Of a DNA stretch of 32,000 nt, positions 31,758-32,000 are shown piece after piece. Position 1 is the stretch's first letter. Each line of letters begins with the position of its first letter. Source of the DNA: Microcystis aeruginosa NIES-2549 (GTDB taxonomy: Bacteria > Cyanobacteriota > Cyanobacteriia > Cyanobacteriales > Microcystaceae); assembly GCF_000981785.2 (NCBI RefSeq), contig NZ_CP011304.1, positions 1,440,001-1,472,000 of the forward strand, in the 5' to 3' direction. A program made the position numbers and the translations under genes. The notes under the pieces were generated by a model that saw only the letters and a list, made by a program, of their open reading frames with translations, was not told the DNA's origin and made no database searches.

Positions 31758-32000
31758 ATGTCAAAACTATTCAAGAACTTAGTAAAGGTAACTCCTTTAG
31801 TATTAGGTGCTTCTGTGGCGGCTGCTGGCGGTGCAGTGGCTCAAACCATGCCCAGTACGCCTCAACTTAAAATTGATCCAGCGGCGCCACAACAACTCGA
31901 TCGCATTCAGCGCGCCCAAAATAGTCAGCAGATTAATAGGAGTGTTGATCAGGGTTCCATGTCCCAGGTGACTAGCGTTAACCAACTGCGGGACGTATCT
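31758..32000 (+). CDS. N-terminus of an SLH-domain outer-membrane porin-like protein (partial; continues beyond the window)
   Basis: Not in the ORF track. The ATG at 31758 gives MSKLFKNLVKVTPLVLGASVAAAGGAVAQT (signal peptide), then ...GSMSQVTSVNQLRDVS. That resembles the lead-in to the SLH motif of cyanobacterial OprB-like porins. It is open through nt 32000 (81 codons). Confidence 0.5.
   Translation, partial: MSKLFKNLVKVTPLVLGASVAAAGGAVAQTMPSTPQLKIDPAAPQQLDRIQRAQNSQQINRSVDQGSMSQVTSVNQLRDVS

Noticed and set aside
31803-31985. Minus-strand 60-aa ORF.
   Set aside because: It is antisense to the + strand frame, which has a clean signal peptide and an SLH-type lead-in.

Overview
This is a cyanobacterial chromosomal segment. 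The evidence is about 17 HIP1 octamers (GCGATCGC), sasA, a cruF/cruG-like pair, an SLH-type porin N-terminus and STRR-like heptamer arrays. The overall look is Microcystis-like, but that is inference I cannot verify without a database search.

I support 21 protein-coding genes and one RNase P RNA gene. From left to right:
- Cation:proton antiporter with an RCK domain (partial)
- Cell-wall amidase
- BCP/PrxQ peroxiredoxin
- A 1192-aa single-chain restriction-modification-specificity fusion
- cruG-like and cruF-like carotenoid genes
- Hanks-type Ser/Thr kinase
- A GH57 enzyme, divergent from sasA
- Alpha/beta hydrolase
- rnpB and rnc
- Secreted WD40 protein
- A small membrane ORF
- A second GH57 enzyme
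- HEAT-repeat protein
- A cbiM / PDGLE / cbiQ / cbiO ECF metal-uptake operon
- dCMP deaminase
- An intein-containing gyrB
- The start of an SLH porin

The unusual content is:
1. The solitary R-M-S fusion enzyme has AloI/CjeI-type architecture. It sits on an AT-rich islet that ends at a MITE, and its S-like module is much more AT-rich than its R-M module.
2. A 248-aa endonuclease-less intein splits the GyrB Toprim motif.
3. rnpB is about 534 nt long. It is inflated by CAGTNAT/ACTGATA heptamer repeats in the P12 region and is bracketed by complementary heptamer arrays, with rnc immediately downstream.
4. Three copies of a ~143-bp MITE with GGCTCTCTTAGGT-type terminal inverted repeats are present.
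5. Heptamer arrays abut gene boundaries across the right two thirds of the window.
6. There are two G-quadruplex-type motifs, one of them telomere-like (TTTAGGG).

I did not find a multi-gene cluster that I could defend as a previously undescribed system. The best single candidate for new biology is the R-M-S fusion, whose specificity is unknown. No tRNA, rRNA or CRISPR array was seen.
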